This document shows positions 55,144-64,000 of a stretch of DNA of 64,000 nt, piece by piece. The notes under the pieces were generated by a model, which saw nothing but the letters and a program-made list of their open reading frames with translations, was not told the origin of the DNA and searched no databases. A program made the translations under genes and the position numbers. The stretch is taken from assembly GCA_052389675.1 (NCBI GenBank), contig JBQTHR010000012.1, positions 251 through 64,250 of the forward strand, read 5' to 3'. Each line of letters opens with the position of its first letter. The stretch's first letter is position 1. Source of the stretch: Actinomycetota bacterium. Its GTDB lineage: Bacteria > Actinomycetota > CADDZG01 > JAHWKV01.

Positions 55144-55929
55144 ATGTTTGTAGAGACCAACCCGATCTTTCTGATCGCCCTGTTCTTGGGCGGCCTGATG
55201 TCCGGGGGTCTGGGTGTCAAGGTTGTCCACCGGGACCGGGCTCGCGTGCCACTTCTCAAGGGGCGGTTCGTCTGCCCGCAGTGCGCTGCACCCTACGCGT
55301 TTGTTCATCGCCTCCCGTTGATCTCCTATCTTGTGGGAAGGGGCCGGCGGCCGGGGTGCGGGTGCAGGACCCGGGTGCGGGACCCGCTGCTGGAGCTGTT
55401 CACCGGTCTGGCCTGGGTTGCGGTGGGCGCCCGGCTGGGCCTGAGCACGATCCTGCCGGCTTTCCTGGCCTACGCGACCACACTGGCGATCCTGTCGGCG
55501 GTCGACCTGGACGAGCGGCGGATTCCCAACAAGGTCCTTGGTCCGATGGCAGTCGTCGGGGCGGTGCTGCTGGCGGCGGCAGCGATGGTGACGGGCCGGC
55601 CGGGAGTGCTGCTGGTGATGGCGGTCGGCGCGGTGGGCTACGCCTTGCCGATGCTCCTTTTGGCCATCGTCGCCCCCGGGTCGATGGGGATGGGCGACAT
55701 CAAACTTGCCGGATACATCGGGATGCACCTGGCCTGGTTCGGTTTGGAGCACGTGCTCATCGGGGCGTTGCTGGCATTCATCATCGGAGCGGCGGTCGGC
55801 CTGCTGCTCATTGCGCTGCGCAAGAAGGGCCGCAAGGACACCGTGCCGTTCGGACCGTCCATGGCGCTGGGCGGCCTGCTGCCGCTGTTCCTGGGGACCG
55901 GCGCCGGCGCCCGGATCATGTCGGTCTGA
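55144..55929 (+). CDS. A24 family prepilin (type IV leader) peptidase
   Basis: N-terminal CPQC...CGC zinc knuckle, multi-TM, GMGDIKL active-site Asp motif. Confidence 0.75.
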   Translation: MFVETNPIFLIALFLGGLMSGGLGVKVVHRDRARVPLLKGRFVCPQCAAPYAFVHRLPLISYLVGRGRRPGCGCRTRVRDPLLELFTGLAWVAVGARLGLSTILPAFLAYATTLAILSAVDLDERRIPNKVLGPMAVVGAVLLAAAAMVTGRPGVLLVMAVGAVGYALPMLLLAIVAPGSMGMGDIKLAGYIGMHLAWFGLEHVLIGALLAFIIGAAVGLLLIALRKKGRKDTVPFGPSMALGGLLPLFLGTGAGARIMSV

Positions 55930-56090
55930 GCGGCCGTATTGCCCGCAAGGGCTTTCGCCGGCTGCGCCGCGCTGGCCTGGACCGGCTTCGACCGACACCG
56001 GGGTTCCGCCGTAGCGCCGCTGCACAGGACGGGCGCTTCGAAACCGTGTGATTCCGCCGGAGCGCTGGGCCGGTCCAGTAATCTAGAGCC

Positions 56091-57242
56091 ATGCTCCGCT
56101 ATCTCACCGCTGGGGAATCGCACGGGCCGGCGCTCACCGTAATTGTCGACGGCATGCCTTCGGGCGTGCCGATCCACGCCAAGTTCATCTCTGATGAGTT
56201 GGCCCGCCGGCGGCTGGGCTACGGCCGGGGCCCCCGGATGAAGATCGAACTTGATGTCCTGGAATTGCTGTCCGGAGTCCGGTTCGGGCTAAGCCTGGCC
56301 AGCCCGATCGGGATGGTCATCCGCAACTCGGAGTGGGGTAAGTGGGAGCGGGTGATGTCCCAGGAGGGGGCCCGGGCGGGCAACGTGCTGACCGAGCCCC
56401 GGCCCGGCCATGCCGACCTGGTGGGGATGCAAAAGTACGACTTTGACGACGCTCGCAATGTCTTGGAGCGCTCCAGCGCCCGGGAAACTGCCGCTCGGGT
56501 GGCTGCTGGCGCTCTGGCCAAGATGATGCTTTCGCAACTGGGAATGTCGATCCTGTCCCATGTGGTGTCGATCGGTGCGGCTGAAGCCAATCGCAACCTG
56601 CGCCCGCAGCCGCAGGATCTGGAGGCGATCGACGCCAGCCAGGTGCGCTGCTTCGATCCGGAAGCGGAGCCGGCGATGATCGCCGAGATCGAAGCGGCAA
56701 CTGAGGCCAAGGACTCGCTGGGCGGAGTCTTTGAAGTGCTCGCCTACGGCGTGCCGGTCGGCCTGGGTTCCTATGTGCAGTGGGATCGCCGGCTGGATGG
56801 GCGGCTGGCGCAGGCGTTGATGTCTATCCAGGCGATCAAAGGCGTTGAGGTGGGCGACGGGTTCGGCAACGCGCGCCTGCGCGGGTCGCTGGCGCACGAC
56901 GAGATTTTCTATGCCGGCGGGGAGTTCGTCCGGCAGACCGACCGGGCGGGAGGCACCGAGGGTGGCGTATCGATGGGGGGAGCCTTGCGGGTCCGGGCGG
57001 CGATGAAGCCGCTGTCCACGCTCAAGCGCCCCTTACGCACTGTGGACGTCAACACCAAGGAACAGGTCAGCGCGTTCAAGGAGCGCACCGACGTGTGCGC
57101 GGTCCCTGCCGCCGCGGTGGTCGGTGAGGCGATGGTCTCGCTCGTACTTGCTGGCGAAATCCTGGAGAAGTTCGGCGGGGACAGCCTCACCGACATCCAG
57201 GCGGCGCTCACCGCCTACCGAGCACGGATCGATGGGCGTTGA
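56091..57242 (+). CDS. aroC: chorismate synthase
   Basis: [12 protein letters not shown] and RSSARETA. Confidence 0.95.
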   Translation: MLRYLTAGESHGPALTVIVDGMPSGVPIHAKFISDELARRRLGYGRGPRMKIELDVLELLSGVRFGLSLASPIGMVIRNSEWGKWERVMSQEGARAGNVLTEPRPGHADLVGMQKYDFDDARNVLERSSARETAARVAAGALAKMMLSQLGMSILSHVVSIGAAEANRNLRPQPQDLEAIDASQVRCFDPEAEPAMIAEIEAATEAKDSLGGVFEVLAYGVPVGLGSYVQWDRRLDGRLAQALMSIQAIKGVEVGDGFGNARLRGSLAHDEIFYAGGEFVRQTDRAGGTEGGVSMGGALRVRAAMKPLSTLKRPLRTVDVNTKEQVSAFKERTDVCAVPAAAVVGEAMVSLVLAGEILEKFGGDSLTDIQAALTAYRARIDGR

Positions 57243-57798
57243 GCATCGGCCGACAATTGCACTGATAGGCCCGAGCGGGGCAGGCAAGAGCGAGATCGGC
57301 AGGAGGCTGGCGCAGGCTCTGGGACGGCCTTTGGTGGACACCGATTTGCTGGTTGTTAGAAGAGAGGGGCGTTCCATAGCTGAGATTTTCGAGCAGGACT
57401 CGGAGCAGGGGTTCCGCCAAAAAGAGGCGCAGGCGGTGGCCGAGGCTGCCGCCACGCCCGGCGCGGTCATTGCCACGGGCGGCGGGGCAGTTCTCGACCC
57501 GGCCAACATGGAGGCGCTGCGCGAGTCAGGCGTGGTGGTCTACTTGAGGGCCAGCCCGGAGGTGGCCGCCCGGCGAGTAGGCAGCGGGCGGGGCCGGCCG
57601 CTGCTGGACGGAGCGCCGGTGGGCGAGCGCTTGCTCCGGCAGATCTCCGAGCGAGACGACCTGTACCGGTCCGCTGCCGACGTAACCGTAGATGCCGATC
57701 GCAAGCCGCAGGATGTGGTCGACGCGCTGATGGGGGTCTGGGAGTCGGTTCTCAGCCCCGGGTCGGATCCGGCGCAAAGGTGGCGTCTGCGGCCGTGA
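57232..57798 (+). CDS. aroK: shikimate kinase
   Basis: [19 protein letters not shown]; the ATG overlaps the aroC stop. Confidence 0.85.
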   Translation: MGVEHRPTIALIGPSGAGKSEIGRRLAQALGRPLVDTDLLVVRREGRSIAEIFEQDSEQGFRQKEAQAVAEAAATPGAVIATGGGAVLDPANMEALRESGVVVYLRASPEVAARRVGSGRGRPLLDGAPVGERLLRQISERDDLYRSAADVTVDADRKPQDVVDALMGVWESVLSPGSDPAQRWRLRP

Positions 57799-58895
57799 GC
57801 GAGGTCAAGGTTGAGCTGGGGGAGCGCTCCTATCGGATCTTTGTGGGGGCGGGGCTGCTCGACATTGCCGCGTCGCTGCTCCCGGACACCGTCCGCAACA
57901 GCGTGGTGCTGATTGTCGACGAAACGGTCGACCAGCTTTACGGGGAGCGGGCGGCTGCCGCCCTGGCGCCCCTGGGACAGGTCCACCGCCTGCGGGTGAC
58001 ACCGGGCGAGGGGGCCAAGTCCCTGACTACTGCCGGAGAACTGCTCACCCGGATGGCGGTGCTCAAGGTGCGCCGGCAGGATCTGGTGGTGACGCTGGGT
58101 GGCGGGGTGGTCTCGGACCTCGGAGGGTTTGTGGCGTCGGTCTATCAGCGAGGGATCGCGTTCGCCCACATCCCCACCTCGTTGTTAGGCCAGGTGGACG
58201 CGGCGATTGGCGGCAAGACCGGAGTCAACCTTCAGGCGGGTAAGAACTTGGCCGGCACTTTCGCTCAACCGCAAGCGGTGATATGTGACGTCTCACTGCT
58301 CAAATCGCTCCCCGCACGCCAGTTCCGCTCCGGGCTGGCCGAGGTGATTAAGTACGGCTTGTGCTACGAGCGGGCAATCCTGGAGGCCGTTAGCGGACGT
58401 GCGGAGCAGATTGAGGCCCAGGACCCGCAGCTGCTGGAGGATCTGGTGCTGCGCAGCGCGCGAATTAAAGCGCAGGTGGTCTCCCTGGACGAGACCGACT
58501 CCGGAGCCCGTACCATGCTCAACTACGGGCACACCTTCGGCCATGCTCTGGAGGCGGCGGGTGGTTACGAAACCTGGCTGCACGGCGAGGCGATCGCGCT
58601 GGGGATGATGTTCGTCGCCCACCTGGCTCAAGCAATGGATCTTCTCACCGAGGACGAGGTTGCTTTGCACCGGGCGGCCTTCCAGGCGGTGGGGCTGCCG
58701 GTTGAGGCGCAGTTCGATCCGGAGGTGGTGGCCGACGCATGGTCGATCGACAAGAAATTCCTGAACGGGCAGCGCTGGGTTCTGCTGGAGGGCATCGGCA
58801 GGCCGGCGGTCCGTACCGACGTCACATCGGAAGACCTACAGCAGGCAATGGGGAAGGTGCTGACCGCCACGCCACTTGGAGGTGTCCGGCCATGA
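57780..58895 (+). CDS. aroB: 3-dehydroquinate synthase
   Basis: Gly-rich NAD motif GGGVVSDLGGF and metal-binding His residues. Confidence 0.9.
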   Translation: MASAAVSEVKVELGERSYRIFVGAGLLDIAASLLPDTVRNSVVLIVDETVDQLYGERAAAALAPLGQVHRLRVTPGEGAKSLTTAGELLTRMAVLKVRRQDLVVTLGGGVVSDLGGFVASVYQRGIAFAHIPTSLLGQVDAAIGGKTGVNLQAGKNLAGTFAQPQAVICDVSLLKSLPARQFRSGLAEVIKYGLCYERAILEAVSGRAEQIEAQDPQLLEDLVLRSARIKAQVVSLDETDSGARTMLNYGHTFGHALEAAGGYETWLHGEAIALGMMFVAHLAQAMDLLTEDEVALHRAAFQAVGLPVEAQFDPEVVADAWSIDKKFLNGQRWVLLEGIGRPAVRTDVTSEDLQQAMGKVLTATPLGGVRP

Positions 58896-59326
58896 AGGTG
58901 TTCGTCCTGAATGGCCCAAACCTGAATTTGCTGGGCGAGCGGGAGCCGCTCATCTACGGAAGCACCACATTGGATCAGCTACAAAAACTATGCGCAGGCA
59001 GGGGAAAGGAACTGGGCCTGGAGGTCGACTTTCGCCAGAGCAATGACGAAGGGCAATTGGTGGACTGGCTCCAGCAGGCTCGAACCGGGGCGGACGGAGT
59101 GGTATTGAATGCTGCAGCGCTGTCCCACTACTCGATTGCCCTGCGGGATGCGGTGCAGGCGTGCGGCAAGCCGGTGGTAGAGGTGCACATCTCCAACATA
59201 TTTGCCCGGGAGCAGTTCCGGGCAACGTCGGTGCTCTCGCCGGTGGTCGCCGGCGTCATCTCCGGGTTGGGGGTCAAGGGCTACGAACTGGCTCTGGAGG
59301 CGCTGGCCGGGTTGATCCGGCGATGA
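58892..59326 (+). CDS. aroQ: type II 3-dehydroquinate dehydratase
   Basis: MKVFVLNGPNLNLLGEREP. Confidence 0.9.
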   Translation: MKVFVLNGPNLNLLGEREPLIYGSTTLDQLQKLCAGRGKELGLEVDFRQSNDEGQLVDWLQQARTGADGVVLNAAALSHYSIALRDAVQACGKPVVEVHISNIFAREQFRATSVLSPVVAGVISGLGVKGYELALEALAGLIRR

Positions 59327-60435
59327 TGGACTATCCTCGCCGGCTTGCCGGGTTGCGGGCGGCCATGTACAGCCACCGGCTGGATGGATTTCTGGTCACC
59401 AACCTGCTCAATTTGCGCTACCTGTGCGGGTTCACCGGCAGCAACGGCTACCTGCTGGTCACCTCCGACCAAGCTCGTTTCCTCACCGACGGCCGCTACG
59501 CCTTCCAGGCAGCCGGGCAGATCCAGGGGGCGCAGGTGCAGATTGCTACCAGCCACCAGGTGGTGGTAGACACATTCAATTCGCTGGTCGGGAAGCTGGA
59601 ACTCAAGCGGCTGGGCTATGAGGGTGCCCACGTAACGGTGGTCAGCCGCAGCGCGGTTTGGGAGCCGCCCCCCGGCCGGGACAAGCTCGAGAACTACTTC
59701 CCCCAAGCTGAACTGGTGCCTACCAGCGGCTTGGTGGAGGAACTGCGCAAGGTGAAGGACGCCGGTGAGATCGACGCTATCCGCCGGGCGGCACACATCG
59801 GCGACCGGGCGTTCGAATACCTTCTCACCCGGATCAAGCCGGGAGTTCCGGAGCGTGAACTGGCGCTTGACCTGGAGTTCTACATGCGCAGGCTGGGTGC
59901 TGAGGCCATGTCGTTCGAGCCGATCGTCGCCGCCGCCGAGCGCTCCGCCCTGCCCCACGCCCGTCCTTCCGAGCGGCTGATCGAGCAGGGCAGGTACGTG
60001 CTGCTGGACTTCGGCTGCATCGTGGACGGCTACTGCTCGGACATGACTCGCACTGTGGTGGTCGGCCCGCTGGACGAGCGGCACGAGCAGATCTACCGGC
60101 TGGTGGTGGCCTCCCAGGCCGCCGGGCTGGAGGCGGTGGGCCCAGGGGTGGCGTGCGGCGACGTCGATCAGGTTGCCCGCACCGTAATCGATCAAGCCGG
60201 CTACGGCGAGGCGTTCATGCACGGGCTGGGACACGGAGTGGGCCTGGATATCCATGAGGGGCCCAGCCTCAAGAAGGGGTTCATCGAGCAGTTGCAGCCC
60301 GGCCAGGTGGTCACCGTGGAGCCCGGGGTCTATTTCGAAGGATGGGGCGGGGTTCGGGTGGAAGATCTGGTTGTGGTCACCGAGGAGGGGATCGAGATCA
60401 TGTCCCGGGCGCCCAAGGACCTTATAGTTCTATGA
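59323..60435 (+). CDS. pepP: M24 family Xaa-Pro aminopeptidase
   Basis: Creatinase N-domain plus pita-bread fold ([13 protein letters not shown]). Confidence 0.85.
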   Translation: MMDYPRRLAGLRAAMYSHRLDGFLVTNLLNLRYLCGFTGSNGYLLVTSDQARFLTDGRYAFQAAGQIQGAQVQIATSHQVVVDTFNSLVGKLELKRLGYEGAHVTVVSRSAVWEPPPGRDKLENYFPQAELVPTSGLVEELRKVKDAGEIDAIRRAAHIGDRAFEYLLTRIKPGVPERELALDLEFYMRRLGAEAMSFEPIVAAAERSALPHARPSERLIEQGRYVLLDFGCIVDGYCSDMTRTVVVGPLDERHEQIYRLVVASQAAGLEAVGPGVACGDVDQVARTVIDQAGYGEAFMHGLGHGVGLDIHEGPSLKKGFIEQLQPGQVVTVEPGVYFEGWGGVRVEDLVVVTEEGIEIMSRAPKDLIVL

Positions 60436-60465
60436 ACCTCTAACTATGGGTAGGTATCCGAAGCC

Positions 60466-61026
60466 ATGATTTCAACCAACGACATGCGGCCCGGCCAGAC
60501 GCTGGACCTTGACGGTGAGTTGTTCACTATCGTCAAGTACGAACATCACAAGCCGGGCAAGGGCGGCGCAATGGTGCGCACCAAGCTCAAAAGCGTCAAG
60601 AACGGCGCTTTGCTGGACAAGACCTTCCGAGCGGACGAAAAGGTCAATCTGGCCCGCTTGGACAAGCGGGAGATGCAGTACCTCTACTCGGAAGAGAGCG
60701 GCTTCGTATTCATGGACACGCAGACCTACGACCAGATCACCATCGAACGCGACTTCGTCGGCGAGCTGGCCGGGTTTATGAAGGAGCAGCAGCTGGTGGA
60801 GGTGCAGACCTACCAGGGAACCCCCACGGGGATAGATCTGCCGCCGACGGTCGATTTGGAGATCACCCAAACCGACCCGGGGCTTCAGGGAGACCGCAGT
60901 TCCGCCGGCAACAAGCCGGCCACCCTGGAAACCGGAGCGGTGGTGCAGGTGCCGCTGTTCATCCAGCAAGGAGAAAAGGTCCGGGTGGACACCCGCACCG
61001 GCGCTTACGTTACGAGGGTACGGTAA
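60466..61026 (+). CDS. efp: elongation factor P
   Basis: MISTNDMRPG...KPGKGGA. Confidence 0.95.
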   Translation: MISTNDMRPGQTLDLDGELFTIVKYEHHKPGKGGAMVRTKLKSVKNGALLDKTFRADEKVNLARLDKREMQYLYSEESGFVFMDTQTYDQITIERDFVGELAGFMKEQQLVEVQTYQGTPTGIDLPPTVDLEITQTDPGLQGDRSSAGNKPATLETGAVVQVPLFIQQGEKVRVDTRTGAYVTRVR

Positions 61027-61028
61027 CC

Positions 61029-61448
61029 CTGAATCGGAGGGGTGCGCGCAAGCTGGCGCTGGACGTCCTGTATGAGCAGGAACTGTCGGGCGCCGAGTTG
61101 GAGGCTATCCTCCAGCGTTACCGCCAGAACCCCGGCCATGAGTACGCCGCGGTGCTCAGCCGCGGGGTGAACGAACACCGGGAAGCGCTGGATGAGCTCA
61201 TCTCCGGCCATTCCCGAGACTGGAAGATCGAGCGGATGCCGGTGGTGGACAGGAGCCTGCTGCGGATCGCCCTGTACGAGATCGGCCACCAGCCAGAGGT
61301 TCCGGTGGCGGTGGCGATCAACGAGGCGGTCGAGCTAGCTAAGACCTACTCCACCGACGACAGTAGCCGGTTTGTCAACGGCCTGTTAGCGGCAGCGAGT
61401 TCCGGGGATGCCGGCCGCAACGTGGACAACCTCCTGCCGGGCACTTAA
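61029..61448 (+). CDS. nusB: transcription antitermination factor NusB (apparent CTG start)
   Basis: Translation from CTG 61029 gives (M)NRRGARKLALDVLYEQELSG..., the canonical NusB N-terminus. The first ATG/GTG/TTG in frame is TTG 61098 and would delete this conserved helix. Confidence 0.7.
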   Translation: MNRRGARKLALDVLYEQELSGAELEAILQRYRQNPGHEYAAVLSRGVNEHREALDELISGHSRDWKIERMPVVDRSLLRIALYEIGHQPEVPVAVAINEAVELAKTYSTDDSSRFVNGLLAAASSGDAGRNVDNLLPGT

Positions 61449-61479
61449 TAATGGCGAAATACCCTCAAAGGAATCGACC

Positions 61480-61854
61480 ATGGTGATCCAGCGAGACCGC
61501 AAGGCGCACACCGACTCCGTCGTTACCGGACATCTGCTGGTGATGATCTGCATCGGGGTGGCGGTGGGGATTCTGATCCTTATCGGCGTGCTGTTCTTCG
61601 TAGGGCTGCCCGACAGCGAACCGTCGATTGCCACGCTCAACGAGTTGGGCGTGGCGGGAGATGCCGCAGTCCAGGCCATCGAGAACATGCGGACGGAGCG
61701 GTTCGAGTCGATCAAGGCTCTGGCCAGGCTGCTGGTAATCGCCCTGGCGGTTCCGATGCTCGCACTGGTCCTGGGCTACTTCACCGAGCGCCAGACCAAA
61801 GCTCAGCGCCGGGCGGCGGCCGAGCGGGCGGCGGCAGCAGAAGATCCCCTGTAG
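61480..61854 (+). CDS. hypothetical small membrane protein
   Basis: ATG preceded by AAGGA. One or two predicted TM helices; no recognised family. Confidence 0.45.
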   Translation: MVIQRDRKAHTDSVVTGHLLVMICIGVAVGILILIGVLFFVGLPDSEPSIATLNELGVAGDAAVQAIENMRTERFESIKALARLLVIALAVPMLALVLGYFTERQTKAQRRAAAERAAAAEDPL

Positions 61855-61940
61855 CTAGCTAAGCGAACCGTCCGGGCGCGCGATGCGCAGCCGGTCCGAG
61901 TCAAGTCGATCCGCGCTTTTGTCCGACGCGCGATCAAGCC

Positions 61941-61987
61941 TGAAAAAGAATTTAGATTCAACTAAACTCTAATTCAGACTATTCATG
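61941..61987. promoter_or_regulatory. isolated AT-rich tract with repeated TTAGATTCA / CTAATTCAG half-sites upstream of the metal ABC transporter operon (candidate Zur/MntR-type operator)
   Basis: It is the only strongly AT-rich ~45 bp in the window and ends at the operon start codon. Confidence 0.3.
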
Positions 61988-62920
61988 ATCGGAGAAACGG
62001 TGAAGAAGGTTCTTCTAGTATCGGTTCTTGCTGTGCTGCTGCTGGCATCCTGCTCTCCCGCCACCGCTCCTGCGGGCGGCGGCGATGGGCGCCTCCGGGT
62101 GGTAGCTACCACAGGCATGATCGGCGACGCCGCCCAGCAGGTGGGTGGCGACCTGGTCCAGGTGAGCTCCTTGATGGGCCCGGGCGTAGATCCCCATCTC
62201 TACAAGGCGAGCGCCGGTGACGTGGGCAGGCTGAACGGAGCGGACATAGTGTTTTACAACGGGCTGCATCTGGAGGCGGCTATGGCCGACGTCCTTGAGG
62301 GTTCGACCACCCTGAAAGCAGTGGCGGTAGCCGAGCGGATAGATGAAGCCGAACTGCTGCGTCCGGCGGAGTTCGAAGGCCAGTTCGACCCGCATGTCTG
62401 GTTCGACGTAGCGCTTTGGATGCAGGTGATTGAGCAGGTGAGGGACTCCTTGATGGAGTTGGATCCCGGCAACGCCGGCGTTTTCGAATCCAATGCCGCT
62501 CGATACCTGAGTGAACTTGAGGAGCTGAACCGGTACGTGGAGGAGCAACTGCAACGCATCCCGCAGGACCAGCGGGTATTGATCACCGCACACGACGCGT
62601 TCAATTATTTCGGCGAGGCCTACGGCTTCGAGGTACGGGGCCTTTTGGGCATCAGCACTGAGGCCGAGGCAGGCACCCGGGACATCAGCGATCTGGCAGC
62701 GTTCATAGCTGAACGAAAGGTTCCAGCGGTGTTCGTGGAGTCATCCGTCTCCAGGCGGTCTATCGACGCGGTACAGGCTGCGGTAAGGGCCAACGGCTTT
62801 GAGGTGTCCATCGGTGGGGAACTGTTCTCCGACGCCATGGGCGACGCCGGGACTGAGGAGGGGACATACCTGGGAATGTTGCGGCACAACATCGACACTC
62901 TGGTGGAGGCGCTGGGGTAG
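61985..62920 (+). CDS. metal (Zn/Mn) ABC transporter substrate-binding lipoprotein, ZnuA/TroA family
   Basis: Lipobox LLASCS, cluster-9 SBP features (DPHLY, HDAFNYF). The start could be GTG 62000 after GGAGA. Confidence 0.85.
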   Translation: MIGETVKKVLLVSVLAVLLLASCSPATAPAGGGDGRLRVVATTGMIGDAAQQVGGDLVQVSSLMGPGVDPHLYKASAGDVGRLNGADIVFYNGLHLEAAMADVLEGSTTLKAVAVAERIDEAELLRPAEFEGQFDPHVWFDVALWMQVIEQVRDSLMELDPGNAGVFESNAARYLSELEELNRYVEEQLQRIPQDQRVLITAHDAFNYFGEAYGFEVRGLLGISTEAEAGTRDISDLAAFIAERKVPAVFVESSVSRRSIDAVQAAVRANGFEVSIGGELFSDAMGDAGTEEGTYLGMLRHNIDTLVEALG

Positions 62921-63693
62921 TGCCCGAGTTGGACGGAGGCTCGGCAGTGCTGGCCATCCAGGTGGAGGACTTAACCGTTGCCTACGACGAGGAGGCGGTA
63001 CTTTGGGACGTTGATCTGGAGGTGCCCAAGGGGGCGCTGATGGCCATTGTAGGGCCCAACGGGGCGGGCAAGACCACCCTGATCCGCTCCGTTTTGGGGC
63101 TGACCCGTCCGGCGGCCGGGCGGATCAGTGTGGATGGCAAAGCAGTCAGGGACGCCCGGGGCCTGGTCGGTTACGTGCCCCAGCGGGGAACGGTGGACTG
63201 GGACTTTCCCACCACGGTCTTGGACGTTGTGATGATGGGCCGATACGGCGCTCTGGGCTGGTTCAAGAGGCCGGGTAAGCGGGAGCGCGTTTTGTCCACC
63301 CAAGCGCTGGAGCAGGTGGGTATGGATCAGTTCGTCGCCCGGCACATCAGCGAACTCTCAGGAGGACAGCAGCAACGGGTGTTCCTGGCGCGGGCGCTGG
63401 CCCAGGATGCCTCGGTGTATCTGATGGACGAGCCGTTCCAGGGTGTGGATGCAGCCACTGAGAAGGCGATAGTGGAGTTGTTGAGGGGCTTCAAGGCGCG
63501 GGGCAAGACCGTGGTTTGTGTTCACCACGATCTTCAGACTGTCCAGGAGTACTTCGATCAGGTGCTCCTGCTCAACGTTCGGCGGATTGCCGGCGGACCG
63601 GTGCAGGAGGTCTTTACTCCGGAGAACCTCAGGCTGACCTACGGCGGGCGGCTGGCATTTTCGCGCGACCGCACTATTGCCGGGCAGCACTGA
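62920..63693 (+). CDS. metal ABC transporter ATP-binding protein (ZnuC/MntB-like)
   Basis: [17 protein letters not shown] and [11 protein letters not shown]. Confidence 0.85.
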   Translation: MPELDGGSAVLAIQVEDLTVAYDEEAVLWDVDLEVPKGALMAIVGPNGAGKTTLIRSVLGLTRPAAGRISVDGKAVRDARGLVGYVPQRGTVDWDFPTTVLDVVMMGRYGALGWFKRPGKRERVLSTQALEQVGMDQFVARHISELSGGQQQRVFLARALAQDASVYLMDEPFQGVDAATEKAIVELLRGFKARGKTVVCVHHDLQTVQEYFDQVLLLNVRRIAGGPVQEVFTPENLRLTYGGRLAFSRDRTIAGQH

Positions 63694-64000
63694 TGGATCC
63701 GTTCGGCCTGTTGGGTGACTACACCCTGCAGGTGGTGGCAGCAGGAGCTGCCGTCTTAGGTTTGACCAGCGGTGTGCTGGGCAGCTTTGCTCTGCTGCGC
63801 CGCCAGAGCCTGCTGGGTGATGCTCTGGCTCACGCTGCTCTTCCCGGAATTGCCCTGGCCTTCCTGCTGACCGGGAACAAGTCCCCCGTTGCGCTGGTGC
63901 TGGGAGCGGGGGCCACGGCGTGGATTGCCGCACTGCTGATTGGGGCCGTGACCCGGACGACACGGGTGAAGATGGACGCGGCAATGGGTTTGGTCCTATC
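63693..64000 (+). CDS. metal ABC transporter permease (ZnuB/MntC-like), 3'-truncated by window end
   Basis: Hydrophobic N-terminus typical of ABC-3 permeases; the ATG overlaps the previous stop. Confidence 0.75.
   Translation, partial: MDPFGLLGDYTLQVVAAGAAVLGLTSGVLGSFALLRRQSLLGDALAHAALPGIALAFLLTGNKSPVALVLGAGATAWIAALLIGAVTRTTRVKMDAAMGLVL

Noticed and set aside
1-64000. CRISPR arrays, rRNA genes, transposases/IS elements
   Set aside because: I looked for regularly spaced direct repeats, 16S/23S-like conserved stretches and DDE/transposase-like ORFs and found none. The only tandem repeats are the short ones listed as features.

Overview
This is a high-GC (about 65-68% by eye) window of core chromosome from an Actinomycetota-type genome. 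The assignment rests on gene order: thrS–pgsA–patA–pimA (PIM lipid cluster), pdxST–yebC–ruvCAB, yajC–secDF–apt…relA–dtd–hisS–aspS–rarA–alaS–ruvX–mltG–aroE…aroCKBQ–pepP–efp–nusB. Coding density is high and most genes are housekeeping. Three stretches look accessory. (1) The left 2.75 kb has lower GC and carries a tyrosine integrase abutting a tRNA-Val(CAC) 3' end, a frameshifted replication-relaxation gene, a DUF1508 gene and a 30-bp perfect palindrome. This is the right end of an integrated element that extends off the window. (2) A membrane-anchored Mrr-like endonuclease gene sits on the opposite strand between yebC and ruvCAB, beside an SOS-box-like motif. (3) About 12.8 kb lies between apt and relA, which are normally adjacent. 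It carries MarR, a DrrAB-like ABC exporter, LMW-PTP, SURF1, DUF2277, a class A PBP, an RTX-like beta-roll secreted protein, YqgE and a VapBC pair. It is bracketed by two paralogous membrane-anchored M15 peptidase genes whose N-terminal domains resemble MacB/FtsX periplasmic domains. Smaller oddities: two VapBC modules in total; a catalytically degenerate AAA-like protein divergent from a PHA-system-like gene between rarA and alaS; a NusB that appears to use a CTG start; a G12 homopolymer; several short tandem repeats; fused tal–pgi and secDF genes. No CRISPR array, rRNA or obvious transposase was seen. All calls come from reading the translations and DNA by eye; no searches were run.
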